Positions 1 through 12,899 are shown, numbered from the whole stretch's first letter. The stretch: DNA of 63,179 bases, filler included, from Malassezia furfur (GCA_052055015.1; 6 parts of 6 records of this genome joined end to end with filler, not necessarily neighbours in it), one strand, 5' to 3'. Numbers and translations are program-made. Notes: generated by a model from the sequence alone, not told the origin.

Positions 1-332
1 TGGTGCAGTACTTGATCGGGCGGTACGTGCACGCTTGACCCAGCATCGCAGACCCTGTATTTGGCGTTGCGACCGGTATTGCCGCGTACGCAATGTGGGA
101 GCGCGACCCGCGCAATGCCCACGATCATGGACCTGGAAACCGCCTGTGGGACCTCGTGCAGCGGCGCTTCCTGGGCGCCGAGACGCCCGCCGCGCCCGCC
201 GTGTCGCGCACGGCCACGCCCGCTGCGCCCGCTGCGGTCGTACAGGCCACCACGCCGACACCGGCACAAGTTGGGACGCATGCATTGCCGCCAGTGCCGC
301 CTGCTAACCAGTTGCCACGTCGTATCATTTGA
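1..332 (+). CDS. NCE101-family (non-classical export protein 1) small protein; A of the ATG lies just outside the window; intron 23-43 (21 nt)
   Basis: Splicing gtacgt..ttgac..cag removes an in-frame TGA and gives (M)VQYLIGRIADPVFGVATGIAAYAMWERD, which resembles the NCE101 motif YLIxxxxDPxF. Confidence 0.7.
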
Positions 333-352
333 ATCGTCACTATGTACATTCA

Positions 353-3028
353 TCACGTTCGCCTGCGCACCAACGAGGAGCACAGGTAGGCGATCGCGCC
401 CAGCAGCCGCACTGCGGCGAGAGCGGTCACAGAATAGAAAAGGAAACCCATGTACACACTGTGCACAGAGCGAGGCAGATTGACAATAGCCACGACCAGC
501 GCACCATTCGTCAACGTAAAGACCAGCACAACATTCGTGCGGACCATTGCGTAGTAGTCTTTTTGATACACTTCAGGGTCGCGCACCTCCGCCACCTTGG
601 GTGGACGTGTGGCGAGAACATGGCATGCGTCGTCGTACGCGGCGTCCATGTCCTGCGGCTGACTCGGCATCTCGACATCGACAGCGTCGGCCTGGGCCGT
701 GCTTGGTGCATTGCCGAGGTCATTGACGGTGTTCGATCCCTTAGTGCCCCAGGAAACATCGTGGGTGTTACAGAAGGCGTAGATGTTGATGATGTTGATC
801 ATGCTCGGCGTCAGTAGCATGTACTGTAAAATGCTCGTCACCATGTGCCACGGATCCAGGAAGAGCAGCCCCGCCAGAAGCCAGACACCATACGTGCTGA
901 GCACGGCAATAAACACACGCACAAACTGCGGGTCACTCATCACACCCAGACCATGATGGTCCTGCATCGCGTTCGTCACGCTGCTGTACATCAAGTAGCC
1001 CACCGAGACCATCATAATGAGCATCAGCAGGGCAAACACCACCATGCTCACGAGATAGCCGAACCGGTTCCCTGCAGGGCGATTGCCCATAGACAGTAGG
1101 TAGCAAAACAGCAGGAAGATCACATAGATGTATTGGCAAATTACCATGGGAATGTGTGCCCAGTGGTGCGAGTCGGCCAGCGCATTGGTCAGGATGCAGA
1201 AGGCAATAAAGTAGTTGGCCAGTGCAAACCAGGAAAAGAGCAGCTGGACGAGTTGGTAGAGCATCTCGACGTGTAGGGCTGCCTTGCGCATCGCCGAGTG
1301 GCTCGAGCGGTAGATGTAGCCAAACTTGATGATGGAATGGATCGCCGCAAAGAAGGAGCCGTTTAGCCAGCGTCGGCGCTGTGCAATAAACTCGGCGATG
1401 GTGTTGGGTACGTCTGTTTCGGCACGCGCACGCTTCACAAAGCGCAATAGCCACGCATTGCTGCGCTTTGTGACCAGTTCCCAGCACAAAATGCGGTCTT
1501 CAGCCAAGTACATGTTGCTCGTAAAAATGTCGGTGTTTTCGCTGCCGCCGTGCAGTGTCTCGCCCTTAAAGTAGGAGCACAGTGGCCCGTTGCCCATTTC
1601 GTCATTCTTCAGCGCCTCGTAGCGGTACGCACTGAATGCACCTGGCAGTACGGCAATGTAGCCAAAGGCACTCTCCATCGGCTTGTCCAGCACGTTGCTC
1701 ATTTTATACTCGAAGTTTTGTGCCGCAACCAACGGGTTGACCAGACCATGCCACATCTTGCCTTTCAGCGCCACAATCTCGCCACAGGCACCACCGACGT
1801 GTGGATCACGCTCAAACGCTCTCCAAAGGCGGTAGATGCTCTTGGAGCACGGACGAGTGCCCACGTCCAGCAATAAGTACACGTTCGGTTGGAGCACGGG
1901 TCCAAAGGCATTGAAGCACCAGCGGTGTGAGTTGATCTTCTTGCGGTTGTGTTCCTTGATGCACAGCACAATCTGCACCGGCACTATACCCCGCTCTTTG
2001 CTGCGGAACCGCATCATCCTGTCCACCGAGATCTGTGCAGTGTATTCGTACAGGTGCATCTCAACTGGCTGCCCACGCACCGAGTTCTTCGCAACGCCTT
2101 CCTGATACACGCCCATGGTCGCCAGTACGCTCAGTGTGCGGCTGCTCACCTTGTGCCGGCCGTCGGCGACGATGCACACGGTGATGTGCTTCCACCCGTC
2201 GGGGCCCCACACGCGTGAATTTTTCAGTTTGCACAGGTATGCAATGTTTTGCATCACGCCATGCATCGTACGTGTAAAGAGTGTCTCGTCCTCGTTGTAC
2301 ATGGTCAGCACAATGCATAGCTCCGTCTGTCGCGGCGGGTCGTACAGCGCTGGGCGCAGAGTAAACCCCTCGCGGACAAAGTCGTCGGCGTCGCACGTCA
2401 CGGCGGTGTACCGCATATGGGTAAACTCACGGCCCTCCTGAATGGGTAGCCGCTCGAGAAGTTTGGGTGCAATGGGGCATTCCACCACCAAGTGTCCCTC
2501 CTGCAGCCGCACGCGGCGCACAGTCTGCATGCGGCGGGGCTGGCGCTGGGGAATCCGTCCGTAGTGCACACGCATCACATCGTCAGGCAGTGACGCATAC
2601 GGCTCGGCCTCCTCGTGTTCCGTGTGCGAATCCGCCGAGCTATACTCATTCAAAAGACCCAGTAGCGCCTGGTTCGGGTCGTCTTCGGAATGCGCCGAGC
2701 TGATGGCATCCTTGGAACGCGTTTCGTACGGTACGAGGTAGGGCGAAGCGCCTCCCTCGATCCATGGTACACGCACCGGTTGTAGCTCCATGGCTTGCGC
2801 ATCGTGTAGATGTGCGCTGGGTCCGGCATCGAGCGCATCGTACGGGTTGTAGTGGGGGCTTGTCGTAGACTCATCATACGATGGAAGGTCCTGGAGCGGC
2901 TCGTCATCGACCTCATCGTAGGGATTGTCCAGCGCTCCGCTCACCCCCATGCCGAAGTGCGGCTCATACTGCACCTCGGGCGTGGGGACGGTTTGGCGTG
3001 TTGCCGAAAACAGCGGCCGTGCGGGCAT
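353..3028 (-). CDS. Chitin synthase (division I, class I/II type), intronless
   Basis: Motifs [46 protein letters not shown]; several C-terminal transmembrane helices. Confidence 0.97.
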   Translation of the reverse strand: MPARPLFSATRQTVPTPEVQYEPHFGMGVSGALDNPYDEVDDEPLQDLPSYDESTTSPHYNPYDALDAGPSAHLHDAQAMELQPVRVPWIEGGASPYLVPYETRSKDAISSAHSEDDPNQALLGLLNEYSSADSHTEHEEAEPYASLPDDVMRVHYGRIPQRQPRRMQTVRRVRLQEGHLVVECPIAPKLLERLPIQEGREFTHMRYTAVTCDADDFVREGFTLRPALYDPPRQTELCIVLTMYNEDETLFTRTMHGVMQNIAYLCKLKNSRVWGPDGWKHITVCIVADGRHKVSSRTLSVLATMGVYQEGVAKNSVRGQPVEMHLYEYTAQISVDRMMRFRSKERGIVPVQIVLCIKEHNRKKINSHRWCFNAFGPVLQPNVYLLLDVGTRPCSKSIYRLWRAFERDPHVGGACGEIVALKGKMWHGLVNPLVAAQNFEYKMSNVLDKPMESAFGYIAVLPGAFSAYRYEALKNDEMGNGPLCSYFKGETLHGGSENTDIFTSNMYLAEDRILCWELVTKRSNAWLLRFVKRARAETDVPNTIAEFIAQRRRWLNGSFFAAIHSIIKFGYIYRSSHSAMRKAALHVEMLYQLVQLLFSWFALANYFIAFCILTNALADSHHWAHIPMVICQYIYVIFLLFCYLLSMGNRPAGNRFGYLVSMVVFALLMLIMMVSVGYLMYSSVTNAMQDHHGLGVMSDPQFVRVFIAVLSTYGVWLLAGLLFLDPWHMVTSILQYMLLTPSMINIINIYAFCNTHDVSWGTKGSNTVNDLGNAPSTAQADAVDVEMPSQPQDMDAAYDDACHVLATRPPKVAEVRDPEVYQKDYYAMVRTNVVLVFTLTNGALVVAIVNLPRSVHSVYMGFLFYSVTALAAVRLLGAIAYLCSSLVRRRT

Positions 3029-3157
3029 GCGCCACGATGGAAAACAACACGCATCTCTTGGCAGGGCCCCCGATGTTACGCACCGATCGGGTTAGGGTCA
3101 AAATCCGCGCACGCGCCCGGGAGTGGAGGCGCGTTCGCGATACGATTGCTGGGCAGC

Positions 3158-6100
3158 ATGTCAAATCCCAGCTCGCTCTACGCGCAGAATGAGCGGGCCG
3201 TCGTCCGTGAACGGCGCGGGAGCGTCTTATCGCGTGGGCTTGTGCTCAAGGTCGACCAGCGTCCGATAGGTACGTTGCGTATCTGATGCAGCGCAAGAGC
3301 GGCGCGGCATCGACCGGTTGAACTTGCAAGGGGCGCCGTGTTTCCGTGCGGCCGAGGGGGGTCTGGGCGTGTACGGACTAGCCCAGCCGACCGTGTTCGG
3401 TATCAAGACAGTACTCACCTTCCTGCAGTGCCAGCCGGACGCGCGGGTCACGGGCGACGAGGCGATGCAGTGCATTTGGGTGTGCACCCGTGAGGAGCCG
3501 GTGATTTACGTGGGCGACCGCCCGCTGGTGTTGCGCGAGGCGCACAAGCCGAAAACGTCGCTGAGCCTGAGTGACCGCGCCGAGAACCTCGAGGCGATTG
3601 AGAAGCGGCTCAAGCTCGACATTCTGGCCGAGGCGCAAAAGTGCAACGGAATGCTGCTCGTGCATGAGGAGCAGGCGGGGAGCACGGAGTTGATCCCAAC
3701 GTGGGTGGCAGTGCAAAAGGACGACGTGCGTACGCTGCGTGAAGTCTGGAAGTGGATGCAGGACGACGGCTGGCGCGTGCAGTACCGCCGGCTGCCGATC
3801 GCACGCGACCAGCCACTAGAGCACAATTATTTGGACGCCTACACGCAGGTAATCAAGGGTGTCGATCCCCGCAAGACGTGTTTTGTGGCCAACTGTGGTG
3901 CAGGTGTGATGCGCACGACGTTTGCCATGATCGCCGCGGTGATTGTGCGTCGGCGACAGCTCATCCTGCGCACACGCGCGGATCCGTTTGACGAGGCACC
4001 GGCCATTCCCGGGTACAATGCCCACAAAGACGCGCTGATGCAGCGTGCGCCAAACAACGGCATTGCGCACTCGATGCGCCGGATGCAAGACAGCATGGCG
4101 CAGAACCAGTCGCTGTTGCGCCTCGTCAATGTGCTCACTGAATCGCTGTCGATGCGTGACACACGTGCGGCGATCGCCGAGCTGGTCGCGCAGCCTGTGT
4201 TGCTCGAGTCACTGCGCCAGGCCAACATGGGCGAGTACAACATCATTCTGCAGCTGTGTGGCCTGCTGGACCAGGGTCGGGAGTGCAAGTCCATCGTGGA
4301 CGTCGCCATCGACGCGTGCCAGGACATGATCAACATCCGCGAATCCATCCTGGAGAACCGGCTATACTACTCCACGGCGGCAATGGACGAGCACGAGGCA
4401 CAGGACCACTTGCGCCGTGCGGCCAAGTCGCTCGAGGTGTACTACTTTTTGATCGCCTTTGCAAGCTACGTGCAAGAGAGCCGCACGGCCGTGTTCGAGC
4501 ACAGCTTTGTCACCTGGCTCAAGCAGCGCGTCGAGATCTGGCGCGGGATCCAGCGAATCCGCACGCTGCACCGGCACCTGTCGCTGTTTGACCCGGTCGC
4601 GGACCTGTCGGTGATCAGCAAGAACGATGCAGGCCACCTCGCAGCACGCTCTGCGGCGGTCTCGGCGCGTTTTGACGAAGTCGCTGGGCAGGGAGCGCAG
4701 GTGACCGGTGACGAGTTCTCACACTTTGTCGTGCACAACCGCTCTGGCACCGTGCTGCACTCGGGCCTACTGCTCAAGCGCGATGTCTGGCGCGAGTTCC
4801 TCGAGGTAGACCCCGGCGCGGCGGTGCCTGGCGCAGTCAACTTCCGCCGCGTGCCCGAGACGAACGTGTTTGGCACGGGCCAGCCATCGGTGGATGGCAT
4901 CCACAAGCTGCTCGACTCGGTGCTGCAGCACATGCCCGCGCCGCACCACGGGCAGCCGCAGGTGGTGACGTGGATCAACTTGCGTGAAGAGCCGCTGGTA
5001 TACGTGAGCGGCAGGCCGTACTGCTTACGCCAGCGCGAGCTGTCGCTGCGCAATATGAAAAACTACAGCGGGATCACGCCCGAGCGCCTGCTGCTGCTCG
5101 AAGACCGGCTGCGCCAAGACGTGATTGCTGAGCTAGAACACAGCGAGGGCAAGCTGCTGCTGCACACCGAGACGGAGGACGGGACGGTGGTACCGACGTG
5201 GGAGGATGCTTCGCCGCAGGACGTCGAGACGGTGCAGGGTGTGATGGACGAGGTGGCCAATGCGCTCCCCGGCGACGTCCAGCTCGTTTTCCGCCGCGTG
5301 CCGATCACCGCAGAGAAGTCGCTCGAGCTGTCCGACGTGATGGACTTGCTGAGCACCGTACTCGACGTCTACGAGGAGTCGTCGCCGATCATTGTCAACT
5401 GCCAGCTAGGCCGTGGACGTACGACGCTCGTGTCGGTGTACATCCTGCTCATCGAACGCTGGATCCAGGCGGTGCGCCCTGGCAGCGACCGGTGCCTGCT
5501 ACTGCCTGTGCCCGGCGTGGCGCCCAACGGGGAGCATCCCTCTCAGCGCCTGTCCTACCACGTCACCAACAGCCTGCTGCGAGTCATCCCGCACGGCCAA
5601 GAGGTGAAGCGCGTCGTGGACGACTGCATCGATCAGTGCAGCACGGTGATCAACCTGCGGCGTACCATCGAAGATGCGCGTGTTGCGGCGCTGGACGCCG
5701 CGACCGACCAGGAGCGCGAGCAGCACATTACAAGCGGCACGCGCGGTTTGCGGCGCTACTTTCACCTACTGCTTTTCCAGGCGTATCTGGCGACGATCAA
5801 GCCCGAGACGATGCTTTCTAGCACGTTTGAACGGTTTGTTAAGCGCCAGCCCGTGCTGGCGACGATCGCCAAGGACCTCGACAAGGTGGACATTGCGACC
5901 ATTACGCCGCTGCGTAAGATGGACCTAAGCGACGGTATGGCACTCAGCGACGAGGTCGAGGAGGTCGTACAGAGCCGCAGTGGCAACATCCTTGGCGCAC
6001 AGACCATCCTAAAGTCCGACTTTTTCTCGGGCATCGTCAAGGCAGGTCTGCCGCTCCACGTCGAGGGCATGCCCAACCTGCGCGGTGTTAGCCCCCTGGT

Positions 6101-7382
6101 CCAGCCTGGTGCAGCGGCCGAGGCACACCCCGTGCACGAGCTGCCGACCGCGCGCGAGACGTGGGGGTGCGGCATGCCGACCGTCGAGGGCTTGCGCCGC
6201 GGTCTGACGCGCATGGGCGCCGGTCCTGGTGGCGCGGAGCGCACCGTGTGGACCAATTTGCGTGAGGAGCCCGTGCTGTATGTCAACGGACGCCCACACG
6301 TGCTGCGCCTCGCAGACCAGCCGCTGACCAACGTCGAGGCGACGGGCGTCACGACGGATGTGGTGGAGCGCATCGAGCGCTCGCTGAAGCGCGAACTGAT
6401 CGAGGAGGCTCACCAACGCGAGGGGCGCGTGCTTCTCCACGACGAGGTGCAGACGGAACGCGGTGACTTTGAGATCATTCCGATCTGGGAGACGGTGCGC
6501 GACGAAGATGTTCTCACCCCGCGCGAGGTGTACGAACTGGTGCAGCGCGAGGGTTTCCGCGTGGAGTATGCGCGCGTGGCGATCACCGACGAGCAGGCGC
6601 CCGTCCCGCAAGTCTTCTCCCAGATCGAGGACCGCGTTCAGCTCGCCATTGACACGCGTTCCATGACCGTGTTCAACTGCCAGATGGGCCGTGGGCGAAC
6701 GACAAGCGGCATGATCATCGCAGCGCTGATTGTGAGCATCAACCAATACGGTCACCAGCTGCTCGCCGACGACGCGCAGCACCGATTCTTCAGCGATACA
6801 CACGCAGATGGCGATGCGCATGCCGACAGCGAGGGACGCGTGCTGCGCGAAGAGGACATGCTGATGCAGGGTGAGTACCGGTGTATTTTGCAGCTTGTCG
6901 GCGTGTTGAGCAACGGCAAGCTCGCCAAGGCGCTCACAGACCGCGTGATTGACCGTATGGAGACCATCCAAAACCTGCGCAAGGCCATCTCGCTCATGAA
7001 GCTGCGCGCCGACAATGCCGAGCCGCACTCGCCACGGCAGCAGCAGCTGCGGCACGTGTACCACAACTACCTTGCGCGTTACGTACGTTTCCCCCGACTG
7101 ACCACGCAGGGTTATCTCATTGCCTTTGCCTCCTACCTTTTCGATCGGTTACAGGCGCAGCATGCGCCCGAGAACGACGAGGACAGTTTCTCGACGGGCG
7201 GCGCGCGCACGCCGTCCAAGCACGGCCGCTCCTTTTCGGGAGATGCCGACCTGTCGATGTCCATGTCGATGTCCATGTCGACGTCGGCGCTCACACCGGA
7301 CCGCAGCTATCCGTCCTTCCGCAAGTGGCTCGAGAAGCGCCGTGAGATCCGCGGTGTGCTGGAGCGCGCCGTGCTCGAGTAG
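3158..7382 (+). CDS. Paladin-like protein with three PTP-like phytase/inositol-phosphatase domains; introns 3270-3291 (22 nt) and 7083-7109 (27 nt)
   Basis: Three repeats of (NL/CT)REEPxxYV and CxxGxxRTT loops (CGAGVMRTT, CQLGRGRTT, CQMGRGRTT). The 22-nt intron joins MSNPSS...RGSVLSRGLVLK in frame to the long ORF. Confidence 0.9.
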
Positions 7383-7395
7383 TGCCTGTCGTAGG

Positions 7396-7584
7396 TCACC
7401 GGTTCTTGGGGTTCTCAGGCGCACTCGCCCAGCGCAGCTGCGCGCGCTTGAAGCGTTCGCGGTGCTCCATGTCCGGGTGCTCGTGCTTGAGCTGCGCTAG
7501 CTGCGAACGGATAAACACGCTGTACGCGCTCACCTTGGCCGTCTTGCCCTTGCGCCCGGACGCGGCCTTGCGCGGCACCGGCAT
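7396..7584 (-). CDS. Small basic HMG-box/YABBY-like DNA-binding protein (62 aa)
   Basis: SAYSVFIRSQLAQLKHEHPDMEHRERFKRAQLRW resembles the YABBY/HMG-box consensus SAYNxFxKxExxRLKxxxPxxxHxExFxxAAxNW. Confidence 0.75.
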   Translation of the reverse strand: MPVPRKAASGRKGKTAKVSAYSVFIRSQLAQLKHEHPDMEHRERFKRAQLRWASAPENPKNR

Positions 7585-7653
7585 CGCGCGCCAAGCGTGG
7601 AGGCACGTGGAGTGGCTGGGGCGCCGCGCCGCTGCGCGTGCTTTGCCACGCGC

Positions 7654-9468
7654 ATGAGCCGGGGGCGTGCGCTCGATATCCCGCGCCGCGGCTCGCCGCT
7701 GAGCGTGCGCAGCGCGCACAGCATCGAAGACACTAGTCATGCTGTCCACAGAATGGGTCTCGATGACCTGGGCGACTTTCGCAGCGCGCGTGCATGGTCG
7801 ACGGGCGTCGATTCGTTTGCCGCGCACGACGATCGACCCACGACGCCGCCCGTACGTGCGTCTGACGAGGCTCACGATGAGCCACCGCGCCTCGCACGCC
7901 TCGATACCAGCGCCGCCTCACTCGACGATGACCGGCGCTCCGACACCTCGTCGTCGTGTACGCTGCCGTCACCCGCCGCGCAGTGGCTTGGCTCGCTGAA
8001 CGGCAGCTTTGGGTCACCCGCAGATCTCGACGCTTCACCCGGCAGTCTGCTGCAGCACCTACGCCGCTCATCCACGCACCGTGCGCGACGGCCCGAACGG
8101 GCCGCGTCGCTGACGTCCAGCCGCTCAAGCCTCGAGCGTGCGCCATCGATCAGCGCCCCCCGTGCACCACGCGCCGACGAAGAGGGGTATGTGTTTGGCT
8201 CGCACACACACTACCGTCTCGGGCGCGCAATTGGGTTCGGCGAGCACTCGACTGTGTACGAGGGTACGGCGCTCGATACGACCGGCAACGGTCGCGTCGC
8301 CATCAAGGTGCTCCGCAACACGCCGCACCCCGCAACCAGTACCGAGCTGCAGCTGTGGCTCGCGCTCCCGCGGCACCCGCACCTGCTCTCACTTATCCAC
8401 CATGAGAACGTGCGTGAGCCGATCGGCTGCGCCGGCGGCGGTGCCCATGCGGACGAGCGCATACTCGACTACCTCGTGATGGACTTCAGTCCGTACGGTA
8501 ACCTCCTCCAGTTTGTGCGCCGCGAGGGCGCCATCTCGGATTCAGGCATGCCTGCGCTAGGCTCTGCACGCCGCGCGGCGTCAGGCAGCATGTCCGCTGC
8601 ACCCTCGCTCGAGCCTGCTAGCTGGACGCCAGCCAACGGTAGCCTGGCGACGTCATTGCAGTCGAGTCCCGGCGCACCCGAGTCGGTGCCGCTGGTGTCG
8701 CCGCCGCGTGACGCTCCGCGCGAGCGCCCGCTGTACCGCTCGCTCTCGGCACATCGGCGTTCGCGTGGGATCCCGATCGATGTCGCGCGCGACATCATGC
8801 GGCAGATCGCTTCGGGGCTCTATTCGCTCCACAAGGTCGCGTCTGTGGTGCACTGCGACTTGAAGCTCGAGAATATCTTGGCATTTCCGTGCGAGGAGGA
8901 CATGGGCGAAGATACCACGGCGCCAATTGCGTGGAAGATTGCCGATTTTGGGCTCGCGGAAAAGGTGCAGCCGGACCGACACATTGAGTCGTGGAGCCGC
9001 GCGGCGAGCCTCGGCGGGACATTGGCCTATGCGGCGCCCGAGGTGGTGCGCTACATGGACTTTGACATGCCCGTACCTGCCAACATCCCGTCGCATGCGC
9101 CGCCCATCACGGAGCAGCTGCACACGCCGTTCGCTCGCGATATGTGGTCGCTGGGATGCATTCTGTATGCACTGCTCTCGGGCCAGCTCCCATTCGTGGA
9201 CGCGATGCAGATCCGGCTTCAGCGCAAGATCCTCGCGGGCGAGTTTGAGCTGCCATTGCGCCTGCGCACAGGCAAGGAACGCGTCGAGCTCGGCGCAGCA
9301 CGCGACATTCCCGACGAGGCACTGCCCTACCGCACGGATCCAGAGTTGGATACGGACGAATTCCGTATGCAGGCGCGCGAGGTGCTGGAGAATTTGCTGG
9401 AACTGGACCCCACGACACGCTGGGACATTGATGCACTGTGCCAGTCGTCGTGGCTCGCATTGTACTGA
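7654..9468 (+). CDS. Ser/Thr protein kinase (CAMK-like) with a low-complexity N-terminus
   Basis: IGFGEHSTVY, VAIK, HCDLKLEN, DFG, APE, DMWSLG motifs; start ATG inferred. Confidence 0.9.
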   Translation: MSRGRALDIPRRGSPLSVRSAHSIEDTSHAVHRMGLDDLGDFRSARAWSTGVDSFAAHDDRPTTPPVRASDEAHDEPPRLARLDTSAASLDDDRRSDTSSSCTLPSPAAQWLGSLNGSFGSPADLDASPGSLLQHLRRSSTHRARRPERAASLTSSRSSLERAPSISAPRAPRADEEGYVFGSHTHYRLGRAIGFGEHSTVYEGTALDTTGNGRVAIKVLRNTPHPATSTELQLWLALPRHPHLLSLIHHENVREPIGCAGGGAHADERILDYLVMDFSPYGNLLQFVRREGAISDSGMPALGSARRAASGSMSAAPSLEPASWTPANGSLATSLQSSPGAPESVPLVSPPRDAPRERPLYRSLSAHRRSRGIPIDVARDIMRQIASGLYSLHKVASVVHCDLKLENILAFPCEEDMGEDTTAPIAWKIADFGLAEKVQPDRHIESWSRAASLGGTLAYAAPEVVRYMDFDMPVPANIPSHAPPITEQLHTPFARDMWSLGCILYALLSGQLPFVDAMQIRLQRKILAGEFELPLRLRTGKERVELGAARDIPDEALPYRTDPELDTDEFRMQAREVLENLLELDPTTRWDIDALCQSSWLALY

Positions 9469-9523
9469 GTAGACTTTTTGTGTATTGTAGGATTTGCTAG
9501 TTGACATGATCTGTATGCTACCG

Positions 9524-10503
9524 CTAGTCCTTCAGGTTGCCCAAGAAGTAAGCCACCGCATCGCACACTTTTTCCTGTGCTTCAGCGTCGTCCACCTTGT
9601 GGTTCGCATTGGGCACCAGCATCACACTGAGTGGGTCGTCGCGCAGCACACGGCTGTACCGTGCGATTTGCTTCACCTTGTCGATCGACGGCGGGACATA
9701 CTCACTGCGTCAGTCTCTCACACGCACTCTTTCTCGCCGATGAGCATCAACAGCGGCGCATGCGTCAGCGCGGGGTGCAGTGCCGCATAAATCTGCTCGT
9801 CCGTCAGGTCGTCGCTGAAAAAGTCATCGTCTCCACGAGCACCGTTCAAACTCTGGTAGCGATACGCCGTGAAGGCGGGCCGGAGCACCGCATCGGAATT
9901 CCCAGGGCCACGCCCGTCATGCGACGTGGGTTTTGCAGGGACCCCGTCGCGCGGAAGTAGTGCATCGCCGCGCTGCTCCGCGATCATCTTCTCGCTGAGC
10001 GCAAGCAGCTTTGCATCTTGCTCCGTCTTGTTTGCCTGGAAGTAGTCGTAGTCGGACGCGGGCGCCTGCAGGATGCCGCCGTCCACATGAATCTTGGGAT
10101 TTCCCCCGTTGCGTGACAGGCTGCGCTCCTGTGACAAGAGATGCACCACATCTTGACATCCGGTCGAATGGCCCATCACGACGAGGCGGCCCTTGCGCGG
10201 GTGCTGCGCGCGCGTTGTGAGATGCTCAATCAGTTGCGCCGTCTCCTGAGCATCTCCCTCAAGTGACGAAAGGCCAAAGCCGCCCATATCTGAGCCCTTG
10301 ATCGGCTGCACAAGCGAGTACTGCAGCTTGTTCAGCACCTCCGCCAGGCGGGGTAGATAGGGCACGACGCCGATCGTATCGGTCAGGCCGGCCAAAAAGA
10401 CAAACTTGTTGGGATGATGCGCATTCGTCTCAAAGTACGGCAACGGATGCGGGTCCGTCTGGTACAGCGACAGGGTGCCCTGCAATGGCGGGGGTGCGTG
10501 CAT
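9524..10503 (-). CDS. DUF1749 alpha/beta hydrolase; intron 9705-9727 (23 nt)
   Basis: GHSTGCQD nucleophile elbow, ILQAP, DDDFFSDD; splicing restores GEKDEYVP and a later ANH catalytic-His motif. Confidence 0.85.
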
Positions 10504-10668
10504 ATGGTGGTGCGTGCGTACAGGCAGCAACCCCATGGCACCTCCACGTGGCGGCCCCCCGACAGCCTCAGCAAGCACGCGACTCACTAGCCGCACGCCA
10601 TATACGGAATCCGAGGAGGATGGTCATTTTAGACGAGATCACAAACGGATCTCGGCGCCTAGCGCTAC

Positions 10669-10768
10669 NNNNNNNNNNNNNNNNNNNNNNNNNNNNNNNN
10701 NNNNNNNNNNNNTTAATTAATTAANNNNNNNNNNNNNNNNNNNNNNNNNNNNNNNNNNNNNNNNNNNN
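10669..10768. other. Artificial contig spacer (44 N + TTAATTAATTAA + 44 N)
   Basis: All-frame-stop linker flanked by N runs; the same 100-nt structure occurs 5 times. Confidence 0.98.
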
Positions 10769-11478
10769 TGCTCCCGGCGCGGCCGCGCCGCCTGCTCAAC
10801 GCAGACATGCAGCTCGCCGAGTTCGAGCAGGCACCAGAGAACGGCCACTGGCGCCGCCGCTCGCGCGGCGTCGATAGCGCCACTTTCAACGCCATGCTCG
10901 ACCGCCTCGCCCAGCTCGAAGTCGCGCCGCGTGCGAAGCGCATGCGCCGCCAGGCACGCCGCGCCTCGCCGCCGACGTCGCCCGTGGTGTATGCCGAGTC
11001 GAAGCGCATCGAGCGCATGGAACGCGACGCGGACGCCACGGAGGAGGCGATTGCCAACGCCGTCGAGCGCGGCGAAGACGTCGTGCGCGCCGAGCGCCTC
11101 GGCGCCGAGGCCGAGCTCGTGGTCCTCGGCGAGCCGGACGGCTCGCAAAAGGAGTGGGGGCGCGGCGTCGCGACGCACCTCGGCATCCACACCGAGCCCT
11201 ACGTCCCGCCGGGCACGCGGACGCCGCGCTCGGCGTACATTGCGCCGGTGAACGAGGATACGATGCACCAGGACGCTCACCTCTGGCTCACGCACGCGCT
11301 CGTGCAGAACCGCGTGCACGCCGCACAGGAGTGGGACGCGCTCCTCGAAAAGCTCGGCGACAAGCCCAACGTGCAGATGGACAGTGTGCGCCGCAAGAGG
11401 AGGAAGAAGATGAACAAGCACAAGTACAAGAAGCTGCGCAAGGCCCAGCGTGCCGAGCGCCAGCGCCTGAAGAAGTAG
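10769..11478 (+). CDS. Mitochondrial small-subunit protein mS38/COX24-like (DUF1713), probably 5' partial
   Basis: C-terminal MDSVRRKRRKKMNKHKYKKLRK signature. Confidence 0.85.
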
Positions 11479-11546
11479 TGTGCCGCACGTAGACGCCATG
11501 CACAAGAATACCAACGCGCTTTCGGTTGTGGGGCTTCCTACGTCGT

Positions 11547-12812
11547 CTACGACTTGCCCACGCGCTTGCCGTTGCGGCGCGGACGCTCGCGCAGCACCAT
11601 GCGGTTGCCGCCACGCGTGCCAGGCTTGCGCGTACGCTGGAACTTCTTGGGGTAGCCGTAGATGCTGCGCGGCACCTTGTTCGACTTGGACTTGCCGCGA
11701 CCACCACCGTGCGGGTGGTCCACCGCGTTCATCGCCGTACCACGCACCTTGGGGCGCCAGCCGAGCCAGCGCGAGCGGCCGGCCTTACCCAGGCGGCGGT
11801 GCTGGTGGTCCTTGTTGCTCACCACGCCGATCGTCGCGCACGAGTTGACCGGCACCAGGCGCACCTCACCACTCGACAGGCGCACCTGTGCGTGCGTCGC
11901 GTTGCGCGTCTCGCCCTCCTCCAGCGCCTCGTCTGGCTGCCGGTAGTTGGAAAAGGCCACGAGCTGCCCGGTGGTGCCGGCGGCACGCACCAGCTTCGCC
12001 GGGCCCAGCGGCTGCAGCGAAATCGCGTGGATCGTCGTGCCGATGGGGATCAGGCGCAACGGCAGCACATTGCCGGGGCGGATGGCGTGCGTACGGAAAA
12101 TACCCAGGTCCAGGCTGCTGCTCGACGAGGGGCCCTCGGACGAGTCGGCCATGGTGCGGTAGCTCTGCACCGTGTCGCCGACCGAGAGCTGGTCGGGCGC
12201 AAGGATGTAGCTCAGACGCTTCGTCTCGTTGTGTTCGATCAGCGCGAGGTGCGCGCTGCGGTTCGGGTCGTATTCCAGACGCACCACCCTTTGCTCGCCG
12301 GCCTCCCAGCGGTAAAAGTCGACGAGACGCAGACGGCGGCGGTGCCCACCGCCACGCCCACGCACCGTGATGTGGCCGTGGTGGTTACGACCGCCCGTGC
12401 TGCGCTTCGCGACAGTCAGCGCACGCACCGGCCGCCCGCGGTGCAGCTCGGTTTGCAGCGGATGACGCACCCAGCGGATCGACGGGGTGATCGGCTTGAA
12501 CGTCTTGAACTGGTGGTCGGTCCGCACGAGCGGAGCGACTTTTTGCTCCGTCACACCGAGGCGAGCGGCAATCGACTCGGTCTGCTTGCGCCTCTTGGTG
12601 GCCTTGCGCTGGCGCTTGCGCTCTGCGCGGCGTTCGCGGCGGTACGGCCCCACGACTTCGACGACAGGCGCCGGCGCGGTCACCCCGACGGCGACGGACG
12701 CCGCAGAGGCGACCGGGCGACCCGGCGCGACCTGCGAACTGTACGTGCGCGCCACGGACGGCGTGCGCACCGCGTGCAACGCACGCACCGCACTCCTCCA
12801 GCTGGACGCCAT
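11547..12812 (-). CDS. RML2: Mitochondrial ribosomal protein uL2m
   Basis: [45 protein letters not shown]; Arg/Ser/Ala-rich presequence. Confidence 0.96.
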   Translation of the reverse strand: MASSWRSAVRALHAVRTPSVARTYSSQVAPGRPVASAASVAVGVTAPAPVVEVVGPYRRERRAERKRQRKATKRRKQTESIAARLGVTEQKVAPLVRTDHQFKTFKPITPSIRWVRHPLQTELHRGRPVRALTVAKRSTGGRNHHGHITVRGRGGGHRRRLRLVDFYRWEAGEQRVVRLEYDPNRSAHLALIEHNETKRLSYILAPDQLSVGDTVQSYRTMADSSEGPSSSSSLDLGIFRTHAIRPGNVLPLRLIPIGTTIHAISLQPLGPAKLVRAAGTTGQLVAFSNYRQPDEALEEGETRNATHAQVRLSSGEVRLVPVNSCATIGVVSNKDHQHRRLGKAGRSRWLGWRPKVRGTAMNAVDHPHGGGRGKSKSNKVPRSIYGYPKKFQRTRKPGTRGGNRMVLRERPRRNGKRVGKS

Positions 12813-12838
12813 GAGGAATCCTCGCCGCGGTTCTTCGC

Positions 12839-12848
12839 GTCACGTGAC
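12839..12848. promoter_or_regulatory. Palindromic GTCACGTGAC (Cbf1/bHLH-type E-box) in the RML2-SKP1 bidirectional promoter; one example of about 11 such sites
   Basis: Perfect 10-bp palindrome in an 87-bp divergent gap; CACGTG recurs in most promoters of the window. Confidence 0.6.
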
Positions 12849-12899
12849 ACTGCCTCGGCCGCGGTCGGCACGCGCGTCGCCCCAGCGTGTCGCACAGTC

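Noticed and set aside
7251..7281. ATGTC(C/G) hexamer repeat encoding SMSMSMSMS
   Set aside because: Coding microsatellite in a disordered tail; not CRISPR or mobile-element related
10713..10724. TTAATTAATTAA palindrome repeated five times between N runs
   Set aside because: Artificial six-frame-stop linker used to concatenate contigs. It is not biological, and cross-contig gene clusters cannot be inferred.
11526..12899. Apparent long N-terminal fusion to Skp1
   Set aside because: Antisense shadow of RML2; Skp1 begins at ATG 12900
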